Shown here: positions 1 to 10,256 of the stretch, piece by piece
How the letters are laid out: each line of letters starts with the position of its first letter
Numbering within the stretch: position 1 is the first letter of the stretch
From: Candidatus Omnitrophota bacterium
GTDB taxonomy: Bacteria > Omnitrophota > Omnitrophia > Omnitrophales > Aquincolibacteriaceae
Length of the DNA stretch: 64,000 nt
Reading direction: 5' to 3'
NCBI GenBank assembly: GCA_030698625.1
Contig: JAUYMS010000042.1
Location: 160,423 to 224,422, forward strand
Made by a program: the position numbers and the translations under genes
Notes under the pieces: generated by a model
Told to the model about the DNA's origin: nothing
The model's database searches: none
The model's input: the letters and a program-made list of their open reading frames with translations, nothing else

Positions 1-2738
1 GAATGGAGCTCAATCATCGCCAGTTGGAACGAATCACCGCCTTCACCGGGCACCAGACCCCGCACACGAACGTCGAATTCCACCCCGCGAAAATTCCGGT
101 TCCTATGGCGGGTATTGGCAGCGCGCACATTTCGGGTAATGGAAATATCGAGGCCCGGATTCCCGATCGCATCTGCATGAAAGCCTTCAAAACCGTCCCG
201 CAAGAATCCGCGCAGTGTCACCCGGTTGCCCCCTGTTGTACGCGTATCCTTAACCGACAGGTGCGCGTAAACGTTTTTTACCGGGTTCAGGTAGATTGCG
301 TTCTGGAAGGCACCGCGCTTCTCCAGGCTCAGAGTTACTTCACGGCTCCCCGTCCTCAGTTCGGACCGCGAATCGTCTCCTGTCGCAAGTGCGGGAACTG
401 AGCCGCGTATGACGGCAATGTAACGTTCAATTTCCTCCGCTGAAATCCGCTCGGAGGGTTCGGCCATGACATCCACGCGCGGCATGAAGAAATACCGGGT
501 CTCTCCGAATCGCTCATACAGCATGCGGTCCCATTTGATACGCTTGAGGCGACCCTTCCTCGCGTAGAGCCTGTCTACGCGTTCCGAAATATACGACTTC
601 TCCGGCACAGTATCCTCTGCCGGTTTTACGACATCACCGCCTCCTAGGGCCTCGCGGTTCAGGTGTTTGAAAAACACGTAGTCCAAGGCAACCTCAAAGA
701 CCTTGGCGTACGGGCCCGTGGTAATCCTGTCGGTCTTAGGGATATCTCCCAGCAAATCCGTGATTGCCAAGTGGCGGCTAACAACCTCGTTGAACGACAG
801 CCCCTGCTTCTGTGCGGCCTCGACGGACAACCAGGCTAGTTTCGTTTTCACCATTTGAACCCAGTGATCATTCGGCTTAATAAACAAGCGGTCGATATCC
901 GCTTTCTTTCGCACATACCCAATGAGTTCGGCTCGATACTCATCTTCGGTCAGATACTTTTCATCGTCTGATCTTAATTCCGAGCGCACGGGCTTAACGA
1001 GATCCGGAGCGGAGCGCGCACGCAGAAATTGGCTCTGGAAAGTTGCTGCGTCAATGCGGTGACGGGACAAAAGGGCTCTGGCAAATTGGGTCACATCCCC
1101 TGCAAGGCGGCCGAGGTCGTGAACACCCTGCGTTTTCAAGGCGTTCTGTGTGAAAGCAAGAAAGGCAACGGACTCCATCGTGGAGTTTTCACCGAACTGG
1201 TGATCGAGGACTGACCGCACATAGGCTTCTTGGCCGTCAAAGTGACTTATGTTCGGGGCTATCAGTGCGTAATTATAATTCTTATCCCGGAAGAATTTCT
1301 TGAACGGTCCTGTATGGAACCCTCCGGTGATCACAACGGCCTTCTTCTCGGGATGCTCGCGAAGCCGGCGATCGATATTCTGCAGCATGCGCTCGTCACG
1401 GATTCTCACCCACCGGTAAAACTCCGCGGCCTTCTCATAGAGCGCGTCGATCTCGGTAATTGCACCGGCCTTCCACGAAAGTCTCGAGCCGTCCGCCGCG
1501 AATCCGCTTGATTCGTTCACGAGCGCCGAAGGGCGGGCCTCAGCAACCGCATTCTCGTCGGTCGGCAGGAGTTCCAGCGCAAAAAGCCTTTTGAGCAGCC
1601 GGTACTTCTTGAGCAGACCCAAGAGGCCCCTGACCTCGTCCGTCTCCGCCAAAACAGATGTAATCTTGTCCGCAAGTGCGTCGAGTTCTGCGAAGAGCCG
1701 CTCGCTATCGAGCTCGCTTCGGAGGATGAGATGCCCTATAAAGCGGGTCAGATTCGGGTACCTGCGAAAGTCAAAGTTCTGCGGCAGGTAGGTCATCATG
1801 CTCTCGAAGAGAAGGCCGGTTTCCGGATCCGGCAATTCGTGGCTGCTCAGATCGCCTTTGAGCAGTTTCTGGACTTCCCCAAGAAGCCCTTTTGGGGCGG
1901 TCCTAAGGAGCCGCAGAAATACCTCCCGCTCTTTTTCGAAAGCGGCGGAATCCATTTGGGTTTCAAACTCTCGAAGCTTGAATAAACGCGAAAGCATCGG
2001 CCAATCGAGCTGATGCACGGGGTCGCTAATATTCAGCTCGAGATGAGCGAGGGCTTGTACCTGAAGGTAATCGAGCCAGTCCGTCATCGCGAAACGTCGC
2101 GACTCGAACCTTTCCTCCTCCTTGAGGAAGTGCCGCAGGTCCTTGCTCAGGCGCTCGCTAGCCAGGCGGTCCATCTGCATATCGAAGCGGCGCAGAAACC
2201 CGTCTGTCTTTTCCCTCTGAGAATGGACATCGGCGAACGCTTTTGCGTTGTTCAGATAGGCATCAAGGTTTTCGATACCGAATGCTTCGACACCTTCCGC
2301 TTCCGCCAGAAACAGTTCAGGCCCTTTCACAAGGGCCTTTTTTGTAAGTTCATCCAGAATTTCCATCGTAACGTCCATGCGTTCAGGCACAAGACGCAAC
2401 AAGTCCGCGTTCAGCTTAAGCGCACTCCCCTCGAGGAGAATCAGCTCCACATCGTAAGCGGAATGCAGGTGATGGAGAATCGCCTGAACTTTCTTTTGCG
2501 CCTCGTAATTGCCATGAGCTGTCTGGAGGTGAATGAGGGTCGGGCCGGTTCCCGAGACAAGATTCTGCACGGCGCCAAGCTCGGCAGGCAGTTGTAGTTG
2601 AAATCCCTGCGGCACGGAAATCTCCCTAACACTATTCGCGTGAAGGATATTCAGGTTGGGCGCTGCCATACCGATATCCTGTGCAAGAAACAAAATCGCA
2701 GTCAGCATGGCTATCCATTTTTTGGTTTTGCTTTTCAT
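1..2738 (-). CDS. Hypothetical secreted protein, partial; the C-terminus lies beyond the left window edge. The ATG is at 2738..2736 and the N-terminus reads MKSKTKKWIAMLTAILFLAQDIGMAAPN, a signal peptide.
   Basis: Manual reverse-complement translation from 2738 downward gives a continuous frame with no stop (checked codon by codon around 2610..2642 and from the start). The + strand ORFs in this span are short, fragmented and in mixed frames. The gene is absent from the track because it runs off the window edge. Confidence 0.6.
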   Translation of the reverse strand, partial: MKSKTKKWIAMLTAILFLAQDIGMAAPNLNILHANSVREISVPQGFQLQLPAELGAVQNLVSGTGPTLIHLQTAHGNYEAQKKVQAILHHLHSAYDVELILLEGSALKLNADLLRLVPERMDVTMEILDELTKKALVKGPELFLAEAEGVEAFGIENLDAYLNNAKAFADVHSQREKTDGFLRRFDMQMDRLASERLSKDLRHFLKEEERFESRRFAMTDWLDYLQVQALAHLELNISDPVHQLDWPMLSRLFKLREFETQMDSAAFEKEREVFLRLLRTAPKGLLGEVQKLLKGDLSSHELPDPETGLLFESMMTYLPQNFDFRRYPNLTRFIGHLILRSELDSERLFAELDALADKITSVLAETDEVRGLLGLLKKYRLLKRLFALELLPTDENAVAEARPSALVNESSGFAADGSRLSWKAGAITEIDALYEKAAEFYRWVRIRDERMLQNIDRRLREHPEKKAVVITGGFHTGPFKKFFRDKNYNYALIAPNISHFDGQEAYVRSVLDHQFGENSTMESVAFLAFTQNALKTQGVHDLGRLAGDVTQFARALLSRHRIDAATFQSQFLRARSAPDLVKPVRSELRSDDEKYLTEDEYRAELIGYVRKKADIDRLFIKPNDHWVQMVKTKLAWLSVEAAQKQGLSFNEVVSRHLAITDLLGDIPKTDRITTGPYAKVFEVALDYVFFKHLNREALGGGDVVKPAEDTVPEKSYISERVDRLYARKGRLKRIKWDRMLYERFGETRYFFMPRVDVMAEPSERISAEEIERYIAVIRGSVPALATGDDSRSELRTGSREVTLSLEKRGAFQNAIYLNPVKNVYAHLSVKDTRTTGGNRVTLRGFLRDGFEGFHADAIGNPGLDISITRNVRAANTRHRNRNFRGVEFDVRVRGLVPGEGGDSFQLAMIELH

Positions 2739-2909
2739 AAGTTGCATTTCAAGATAGAATATTGCCCTCGGCTGATTACTTGGTAATAAGCCTAAGTCCA
2801 TGGGAATAAAAGAGTTGATAAAGGCTACCCGGCGCTTGGAGACTCTTCAAATTTTGAGCGCTTGCGGTATAACATCAACTAACATTGACAGGCAGGGTGC
2901 AAAAATTGA

Positions 2910-5861
2910 ATGCCGTCATCTAACCCCTTACCTATAGGCATGTCACAAGAGAATCAAATCCAGACAGTCGGCAGAAAAGTCCTCGAGCTAGCGCGGCGCG
3001 AGGAAGTGAAATTTGCTAAGAAGCATCGTTGGGAAAATGCCCTTTTGGACTGGTGCATGGCCAACGAAGAGCTCAAAAACCGTACTTTTCGTTTTATCGA
3101 TGTCTTTCCCCAATTAAAGTCTTCGAAGTCGGTACTGCAGCATATCCGGGAATATTTTCCCCTTTCCGAGCACCGCCTGCCGCAGGCGATACGCGCCGGG
3201 CTGGTCTTGACTCATCCGGGACTACTGACTCGAGGCGCCGTACACGGTGTCACGCATGCCATGTTCATGAAGCTATCGAAATTCTTCGTTGCCGCCGCAA
3301 ACGAAAAGGACCTCGAGAAAATTCTGGATGATCTGGATCGTGAAGGCGTCACGAGTTCCATCGACCTGCTCGGCGAGAAAACCATGAGCGAGGCCGAGGC
3401 AGAGATCTGTTTTCAGCGCTATCAGTCGCTGATCCGTACGCTCGGCAAGAAGAAGTGGGGCTTTAAAAAACAGAATGTCTCGGTGAAACTTTCAGCTCTC
3501 GATCCCCTCTTTGATCCCATTGATCCGAATGGAACCAGCGAGCGTATCCGTTGGCGCTTGCGAGAGCTGGTGCGGCTGGGCACGGAGCAACAGGTGTTCA
3601 TTCACATCGATATGGAAGAGTTTGAAATGCGCGATCTGACGCTCAAGATTGTGCGCGACCTTTTACACGAAGATGAATTTGCTCCGGGCATAGCTCTCGG
3701 AATCGTCTTGCAGGCTTATCTGCGCGACGCTGAAGACTGTCTCGACGGCATTCTCTCGTGGGCAAAGACATTGGCAAAACCGCTTACGATTCGGCTCGTG
3801 CGGGGTGCCTATTGGGATCAGGAGATCATGAAGGCCAAGGAGCGCAGCTGGCCGATCCCCGTGTTCCTGCGCAAAGACGAGACCGACGCCATGTTCGAAA
3901 AACTCACGGTCCGCATCCTGGACGAGGCCCCGCACGTAAACTTAGCCCTGGCAACCCATAACGTGCGGTCAATCGCACATGCAATAACATGCGCCAAGGC
4001 CAAGGGCATCGGCGACGAAAACCTTGAATTTCAATTACTCTACGGAATGGGCGAACCCTTGATGCACGTTCTCAGAGAAATGAATTACGCACCCCGTATG
4101 TACACTCCGATCGGCGACCCTGTCTGGGGCATGGCGTATCTGGTTCGGCGACTCCTTGAAAACGTTTCATCGCAATCGTTCGTCAGACGCAGCGTTCACG
4201 ACGAGTCCGCCGTAGGGGAATTGTTAAGAGCCCCACTCGCCATGATTGATCAAAACGACACTGAGGGCCCACCCGAGAAAAATAATCATTACCACCCCTG
4301 CCCTTCCCTGCGTTTTTTCAACCATAAGATCAGGCAGGATTTTTCGGACAATCTGGAGGAAGTCATCCTTACGCTGAGAAATCCCAAGCTTCCCATCGTT
4401 GTCAACGGAAAGTCGAAACAGAAAAAGGTCCGCACCCAGATTATTTCGCCGATTGACGGCGTCACAAAGGTTGCCAGCGCCTCAAACGCCGATGCCTCGG
4501 ATGTCGATCAAGCCATTCGCGTCAGCCTCGATAAATTCCGATCGTGGGCAAATACACCCGTTCATGTGCGCGCTAATTATCTGCGGCGCACTGCGGAGTG
4601 GATGCGGGACCACCGCTACGAAATGGCGGCCCTGGAAGTGTTGGAGGTGGGCAAGCCCTATCGCGAAGCGGATGCCGATGTGAAGGAGGCGATTGATTTT
4701 CTTAACTACTACGCATACTCCGCAGAGAAACTCATGCAGGACCATCCGACAGAGACGCTCGCCGACGAGGTCAACTTCACCCGGCCGCGGCCGCGCGGCG
4801 TGACCGCGGTGATCGCACCGTGGAATTTTCCGATTGCGATTTTAACCGGCATGAGCGCGGCAGCTTTAGTCACCGGCAATCCGGTTTTACTCAAGCCGGC
4901 CGAGCAATCGCCCCTTACGGCGTGGAAAGTATTTGAGGCGTTTCGCGAAGCCGGGGTTCCGCCCGGAGTGCTTCATTACCTGAGCGGCGTTGGTGAAGAG
5001 ATCGGTTCATTAATGGCTGATGACCCTCGCGTTTCGGTGGTGGCCTTTACCGGCTCAAGAGAAGTCGGACTCCAAATTGTGGCCCGGTCTAATTTACGTA
5101 ACCCATTACAGCGACATGTGAAAAAGACAGTCATCGAGATGGGCGGAAAGAATGCTGCCATCGTCGATGAGACCGCCGATTTTGATCAGGCGATTCCCGA
5201 TATCCTCTACTCGGCATTCGGTTATGCCGGGCAAAAGTGTTCCGCCCTCTCCCGGTTGATCGTTCTCGATGACGTCTACGACGCTTTCATCAAGCGATTA
5301 ATTCAAGCTGCGGGAAGTTTTCCCGTCGGAGATCCCGCCGACCCGCGGACGCTTTGCGGGCCGGTCATCGACGAGCAAGCGCGCCAGAGAATTCTAAGCG
5401 CGATCGAAGAAGCAACCGTCAAGGGCAAGGTGCTTTTCAAAGCGGATGTCTCAAACCTCGCCGCCGGTTACTATGTGCCGCCGGCAATCATTGCCGACCT
5501 CCCTGCAAATTCACGGCTTCTGCGGGATGAGCTCTTCGGCCCTATTCTTGCGGTCATACGAGCAAAGAATTTTGAGGAGGCCTTGAACCTCGCCAACGAT
5601 TCCGACTTTGCACTGACCGGAGGCCTCTTCAGCCGCACCCCCTCACACATCGAAAGAGCCAAGCAAGAGTTTGAATGCGGGAATTTCTACGTCAACCGGC
5701 CCACAACCGGCGCTATCGTTCAGCGACAGCCTTTCGGGGGTTACAACCTTTCAGGAACGGGAACTAAGGCGGGAAGTGCCGAATACCTGCGGGAATTCTT
5801 CATTGAGCGCACCATTAGCGAAAACGTATCACGCCACGGTTTCGCGCCCCTTAATCTTTAA
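2910..5861 (+). CDS. putA: Bifunctional proline dehydrogenase / delta-1-pyrroline-5-carboxylate dehydrogenase (PutA-type, no DNA-binding domain)
   Basis: 983 aa. The N-terminal half resembles a proline dehydrogenase TIM barrel. The C-terminal half is an aldehyde dehydrogenase fold with VIEMGGKNA and catalytic-Cys GQKCSA motifs. Confidence 0.88.
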   Translation: MPSSNPLPIGMSQENQIQTVGRKVLELARREEVKFAKKHRWENALLDWCMANEELKNRTFRFIDVFPQLKSSKSVLQHIREYFPLSEHRLPQAIRAGLVLTHPGLLTRGAVHGVTHAMFMKLSKFFVAAANEKDLEKILDDLDREGVTSSIDLLGEKTMSEAEAEICFQRYQSLIRTLGKKKWGFKKQNVSVKLSALDPLFDPIDPNGTSERIRWRLRELVRLGTEQQVFIHIDMEEFEMRDLTLKIVRDLLHEDEFAPGIALGIVLQAYLRDAEDCLDGILSWAKTLAKPLTIRLVRGAYWDQEIMKAKERSWPIPVFLRKDETDAMFEKLTVRILDEAPHVNLALATHNVRSIAHAITCAKAKGIGDENLEFQLLYGMGEPLMHVLREMNYAPRMYTPIGDPVWGMAYLVRRLLENVSSQSFVRRSVHDESAVGELLRAPLAMIDQNDTEGPPEKNNHYHPCPSLRFFNHKIRQDFSDNLEEVILTLRNPKLPIVVNGKSKQKKVRTQIISPIDGVTKVASASNADASDVDQAIRVSLDKFRSWANTPVHVRANYLRRTAEWMRDHRYEMAALEVLEVGKPYREADADVKEAIDFLNYYAYSAEKLMQDHPTETLADEVNFTRPRPRGVTAVIAPWNFPIAILTGMSAAALVTGNPVLLKPAEQSPLTAWKVFEAFREAGVPPGVLHYLSGVGEEIGSLMADDPRVSVVAFTGSREVGLQIVARSNLRNPLQRHVKKTVIEMGGKNAAIVDETADFDQAIPDILYSAFGYAGQKCSALSRLIVLDDVYDAFIKRLIQAAGSFPVGDPADPRTLCGPVIDEQARQRILSAIEEATVKGKVLFKADVSNLAAGYYVPPAIIADLPANSRLLRDELFGPILAVIRAKNFEEALNLANDSDFALTGGLFSRTPSHIERAKQEFECGNFYVNRPTTGAIVQRQPFGGYNLSGTGTKAGSAEYLREFFIERTISENVSRHGFAPLNL

Positions 5862-5867
5862 ATCTTA

Positions 5868-8800
5868 TTAGACGATCGTGAATGTGCTGAGGTCAACGGT
5901 GACCGGACTGCTGGTGCCGTCTGCCTTGAGAAGGACATAACTCGCAAAATTCCCTATATAGCGGACTTGTGTGGCCGCCCCGGTCAATACGAGTTTCTGT
6001 CCCGTGTTGGGGTCAATGAGAATGGTTTTGTTGTAAGAGGCGGTCTTCATCGCTACGGTTACCACCAGACGGCCTGTCGTGATCACGTGCGCATCCGCGA
6101 ACGTCGTCTCAAACGGCGGATTCGTGCCGACAACCGGGGCTAACTCCTCGGCATGCAAGAGGGTCATATTCCTCGTACCGTTGGAGGTATCATAAACAAA
6201 CACCTCAGGAGTACCACCCAGGTATTCTGTATGGACAAGAATCGGTTCCCCGTCATCGATATAAACGCTGGCACCCTGTGTGAGCAACTTAAATCCGCCA
6301 AGCGTGGTCACCTTTGTCGCCGGATCAAAAGTTGTGGTTGCTGCCAGCACCGTACCCGTGAAATCGCTCGACTCCTGCAGGAGCAATATCTTGCCGTCTG
6401 CGAAATCGATACCCTTGAGCAATTCGCCGGCGCTCTGGGCCGTAGCGGTGAAAAGGTCCGCAGATGCGAGGTCTTTTATATAGAGGTCATAAGTGTCACC
6501 TTGCGGCCCGGAGGTCTTGGTGCTGTAGACGGCCCATTTGCCGTCCGGAGATACGTCATGAAGCGGCGAAAACGGGGAAGGCCCGCCTTTCGGAACCTCG
6601 ATAGTCAGAAGGTCAATGATGTTGAGCGACGGTCCCGAGGTGTCCAACAACTGCAAGGTGTAGCGGTCATTCGGGCCCGATATTACGACCACATCAACTT
6701 TGAAAGCAAAATCACTGTTCGACGGCGCGAGTTCCCATCCGGAAGGCACGGCCACGGGAACGTTTGTAAAATGCAGGTTCCCCTGCTGCCCATTCCCTTC
6801 AACGATGAAGAACATAAGCTGAACATTTGCCAAATCGATGCCCGCAAACTTCACCGGATCGATCTCCCACACCTGCTCGATATCGGAACGAATTCCATTC
6901 AGATGAACCGAGGCCTTCTTGCCCTGATTGTCGATAAGTTCGAGTTTAACGCGGCTGACATCCCCCATGAGACCCACGGTAAATTTTGAGAGGGTATCAA
7001 AACGTTTAGACCCGGGCGCAAAGGTATAGCCTCCGCCCGTCCATCCCTGCGTCCCCGTATTATAGGCCAGGGTCGTGCCGCGGCCCTGGTAATCCGCCAA
7101 GTTGGAACTTGCATCTCCACCGGGAGATACGCCTTGGATAAAGCCTGTCGGCGAACCGGCGCGGAAATCCACAAGATCATCCAAGCCCAGCGTGTCGGAG
7201 GGATAGACATCGAGATCCGGCAGGTAATTTATCTGCAGCGACCCCACTTCCTGCGGGCCTTCTACGATAAAGTAAATAATTCGAACTTTACTAAGGTCAA
7301 TACCGCCGAGGGCCGAGATGGGAATCTCAAAAACCTGCTCTTTGTCAGGATCTACACCCTCCAAGTAGAGGACCGATCGGTCCCCGCTTGAGTCGAGCAC
7401 TTCGACTTTAACGCGGCTGTTGGTACCCGACAGGTCCTGAAGACCAAAGGCTACCGATTGTAATCCGCTCCAATCGCCCGTTTCTTGGGCGGGATTCGTC
7501 GTAAAATCATCGTAACTAAATCCGCCGCCTGCCCAACCGGCACTCCCTGTATTGTATTCAAAGAGTACGCCTCGCGGCGTGGCAGTGGCCTTGTCGGTGG
7601 CGTTGCCGCCGGGACCGACTGAGGTTATTCCGGGCGCGCCGATCTGGCCGTTCGGAAGGCCGGGAAGATCCGCCGTCGTTAACGTTGTCGAAGGAGTAAT
7701 AACAACGTCCGGTTTGATGCGATTAACAGTCAAACTGCCGTCAATGTTATCCCCTTCCACCACCAGAATAACGAACCGCAGTTTGGTTAGATCAATCCCG
7801 GTAAAAGAAGACATCGGAACTTTCCAAATCTTCTCCTCGCCGGGAACAATGCCGCCTAGTAACACTGAAGACTTCGCTCCAAAAATATCTTCGAGCTCGA
7901 GCTTAACGGTGCCATGATCTCCGAACATACCGAGTACGAGGTTGGTAAAGCCGCTAAAATTGCTAGATCCCACGAAACCCGTCGTGAAATTGTCGAAAGA
8001 AAAGGCCCCGGCTGCCCAACCCGGTGTGCCGGTATCATAATTGATTTGCATACCACGAGCGGTTCCTGCCGTCGTTGACGTCGCATCGGTGCCTGCAGGA
8101 AAGATCGGAAAGGTGAAGGGCCCGCCGTCGGTACCCGCCGGAAACTCGGTGATAGCACGTCCCGTCAATGTAGGGTCGGGCTGAAGAGACGCCGGGGGCG
8201 CATCAATGGCAAAGTTAAAGGTATCCGACCAGAGGCTTCTCGGGCCGGTGTCAAAACTGTTATTCGCAGAGGCTCGTACTCGCACATAATACTGCCCCGC
8301 ATCCGTCACAGGCGCGACTTCTGAAGTTCCCGCCGGAAATCCATCATGGACAATGTCGTTGAAGGCCGGGTCTGTGGCCACCTGCACTTGATAGATCACG
8401 GCACCGCTGACCCCTGAAAAACCGATATCTCGGCCGCCTGATACAGGACCGGCGCCATTAACTGTCGGCTTCGACACAATAAAGGCATTCCGAATGACAT
8501 CAAACGAGAAGGTGTCCGACCACTGACTGAGCGGCCCCACCTCGATGAGGGGATCTTTAGAACCGAGAACGCGCACATAATAGGTTCCGTCCGTCAGAGC
8601 GTCCGTAGAAGGGATCGTCTCGGGCGAAGTGCCCGGGAATCCCTCGTGGATAATGTTGGTGAAACCGGAATCTGTGGCTACCTGAATCCGGTACTTTTGG
8701 GCGTCCTGGATCGGCGTGAACTGGAGTTCCGTTGCACCCTCATGATTCGTCACAGCCGCATCGACCGTCGTTTTTAACGCTGTGAAGGGATCCGGCCCGG

Positions 8801-10025
8801 AAGGCTCCGGAAGATAATAGTCAATACGACCGAGCCGGTTCGGCGAGAGGCCGCGGTCGATCTCAATAATGACTTCTGCGATCTGCGTCTTATCAAATAG
8901 ACCGTCGTCAACAAAGGTAATATAGAAATTGAGAAACACATCCGAGAGATTCATCTCATAGATTTGTTCGTTACCATCTTTATCTCTGACCCGCAAGCGC
9001 GCATCGGCATCGTTCCCGTTATTCTTCAGGGCCATGACCAGGGTACCCCCAAAATCAAAGTATTCATTGGACGCAGGCACGATCTCGGCAGTTACGGTAG
9101 CCCCCGCTGATCCACCGACGTCATAACGAAAACCCCGAATGCCGTCCGGTTGGTCATCGAAGGTAATGAAACCAGGCACCGAGCCTGCTCCGCGGATATA
9201 GGCCCCGGGACTGGCCGTGGTTCCTTGAGGAAACTCGCTTAGCAGCCCTTCGCTGAAGGCCGTCACACCGCCTGCCATCATCGGCACATCAACCCCGCCG
9301 ATGTGCACAAAAATCTCGCCGCGCCGGTCCTGCTGATACGTCGTCGGGTCTATGTCGGCAAAGGTCTGCCGCAAGACCATGCAGGTCACCGCGCCTTCAT
9401 TAAAATTCGAATCCTCGCTCAAATCAATGCTGTAGGTAAGATAGGTATCAGACAAAACGAGCCGCCGCGATGCTTGATTGCCCGTAGAATCAATAAAGAG
9501 GATGGTGAGTTCATCCACGCCGTCGGTGGTGATGTCAAAGTTTTCGCGTTTCAAACGAATGAGGAGAGGCCCGCCGCTTAGGTCCATCGTGGAATTCGCG
9601 CCGACACTGATCTCGGCATCGACCGTGGCGCCTGCGCCGGCACCCAGATCATAGCGATAAGAAAAGAAACTTTCGCTGAAAGGTTTAAACGTGGCGTATC
9701 CCGGTAAGTTCTCTTTGCCCGCCTGAGAATTGTACTTGTGTAATGTCAGCTCCGGATTGCCGGGCAATTTGGAGACGATCGTCGATCCGACTTCTCCATT
9801 GACCTGAGGCGGTGACAAAGGCCCTTCCTCAGTGCCGGCACCCGAAGGAACTTCGGGGTCGGATACACCCGGGTCCTTGCTGGGATCGACGGTCGGCTGC
9901 GGAACACCTGTTGGGCCTAATATTAAATCAGCGTAAGCGGTGGATTGGAATGAAAGCGGCAGTGAATAGAAGAGTAGTGTAAGGGATAAGGACAGTCTTA
10001 GTATTTTGTTTGCAGTAAAACCCAT
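5868..10025 (-). CDS. Giant secreted multidomain protein: signal peptide, Pro-rich linker, about five CBM-like beta-sandwich repeats, two FN3-like modules, and a C-terminal TolB/PD40-like beta-propeller
   Basis: 1385 aa with an N-terminal signal peptide. Repeated ~110-aa modules carry a Y(N/D)TGT(P/Q/S)GW(A/T)GG(G)FxxD(N)F motif. Two modules read YxVxVATDxxFxxIxHxGF. The C-terminus reads SPDGKWAVYS...DLYIKDL, which is PD40-like. Confidence 0.75.
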   Translation of the reverse strand: MGFTANKILRLSLSLTLLFYSLPLSFQSTAYADLILGPTGVPQPTVDPSKDPGVSDPEVPSGAGTEEGPLSPPQVNGEVGSTIVSKLPGNPELTLHKYNSQAGKENLPGYATFKPFSESFFSYRYDLGAGAGATVDAEISVGANSTMDLSGGPLLIRLKRENFDITTDGVDELTILFIDSTGNQASRRLVLSDTYLTYSIDLSEDSNFNEGAVTCMVLRQTFADIDPTTYQQDRRGEIFVHIGGVDVPMMAGGVTAFSEGLLSEFPQGTTASPGAYIRGAGSVPGFITFDDQPDGIRGFRYDVGGSAGATVTAEIVPASNEYFDFGGTLVMALKNNGNDADARLRVRDKDGNEQIYEMNLSDVFLNFYITFVDDGLFDKTQIAEVIIEIDRGLSPNRLGRIDYYLPEPSGPDPFTALKTTVDAAVTNHEGATELQFTPIQDAQKYRIQVATDSGFTNIIHEGFPGTSPETIPSTDALTDGTYYVRVLGSKDPLIEVGPLSQWSDTFSFDVIRNAFIVSKPTVNGAGPVSGGRDIGFSGVSGAVIYQVQVATDPAFNDIVHDGFPAGTSEVAPVTDAGQYYVRVRASANNSFDTGPRSLWSDTFNFAIDAPPASLQPDPTLTGRAITEFPAGTDGGPFTFPIFPAGTDATSTTAGTARGMQINYDTGTPGWAAGAFSFDNFTTGFVGSSNFSGFTNLVLGMFGDHGTVKLELEDIFGAKSSVLLGGIVPGEEKIWKVPMSSFTGIDLTKLRFVILVVEGDNIDGSLTVNRIKPDVVITPSTTLTTADLPGLPNGQIGAPGITSVGPGGNATDKATATPRGVLFEYNTGSAGWAGGGFSYDDFTTNPAQETGDWSGLQSVAFGLQDLSGTNSRVKVEVLDSSGDRSVLYLEGVDPDKEQVFEIPISALGGIDLSKVRIIYFIVEGPQEVGSLQINYLPDLDVYPSDTLGLDDLVDFRAGSPTGFIQGVSPGGDASSNLADYQGRGTTLAYNTGTQGWTGGGYTFAPGSKRFDTLSKFTVGLMGDVSRVKLELIDNQGKKASVHLNGIRSDIEQVWEIDPVKFAGIDLANVQLMFFIVEGNGQQGNLHFTNVPVAVPSGWELAPSNSDFAFKVDVVVISGPNDRYTLQLLDTSGPSLNIIDLLTIEVPKGGPSPFSPLHDVSPDGKWAVYSTKTSGPQGDTYDLYIKDLASADLFTATAQSAGELLKGIDFADGKILLLQESSDFTGTVLAATTTFDPATKVTTLGGFKLLTQGASVYIDDGEPILVHTEYLGGTPEVFVYDTSNGTRNMTLLHAEELAPVVGTNPPFETTFADAHVITTGRLVVTVAMKTASYNKTILIDPNTGQKLVLTGAATQVRYIGNFASYVLLKADGTSSPVTVDLSTFTIV

Positions 10026-10256
10026 TTCACAATTCCTGTGTTTGTATCCATGTTTTAGACTTTCCCCCTTTCAGAACAACTACCAGCTTTTGCAAATAAT
10101 TGCGAAAGTTGCTAAGTATAGCAGAATCAACCCTGGACAGCAAGTCCTTTGAGTAAACTTGACCTCACATGTTATTTATTGCTCGACTTGATTTCAAATA
10201 AAGACCATTAAAGATCGTGGTCTTTTTGACCGTATCTCGTAAAAGGTTATTCCCCT

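Noticed and set aside
3-2786. Eight + strand track ORFs (3..401, 1029..1214, 1230..1511, 1591..1791, 1731..1985, 1798..2013, 2013..2597, 2598..2786)
   Set aside because: They are fragmented, in mixed frames and compositionally odd. All are antisense to a single continuous minus-strand ORF (1..2738) that the track omits because it runs off the window edge.
6153-6989. 278-aa + strand ORF and other + strand ORFs inside 5868..10025
   Set aside because: Antisense shadow ORFs within the 1385-aa gene, which has clear repeat-domain structure. They have no motifs and an R/C-rich composition.
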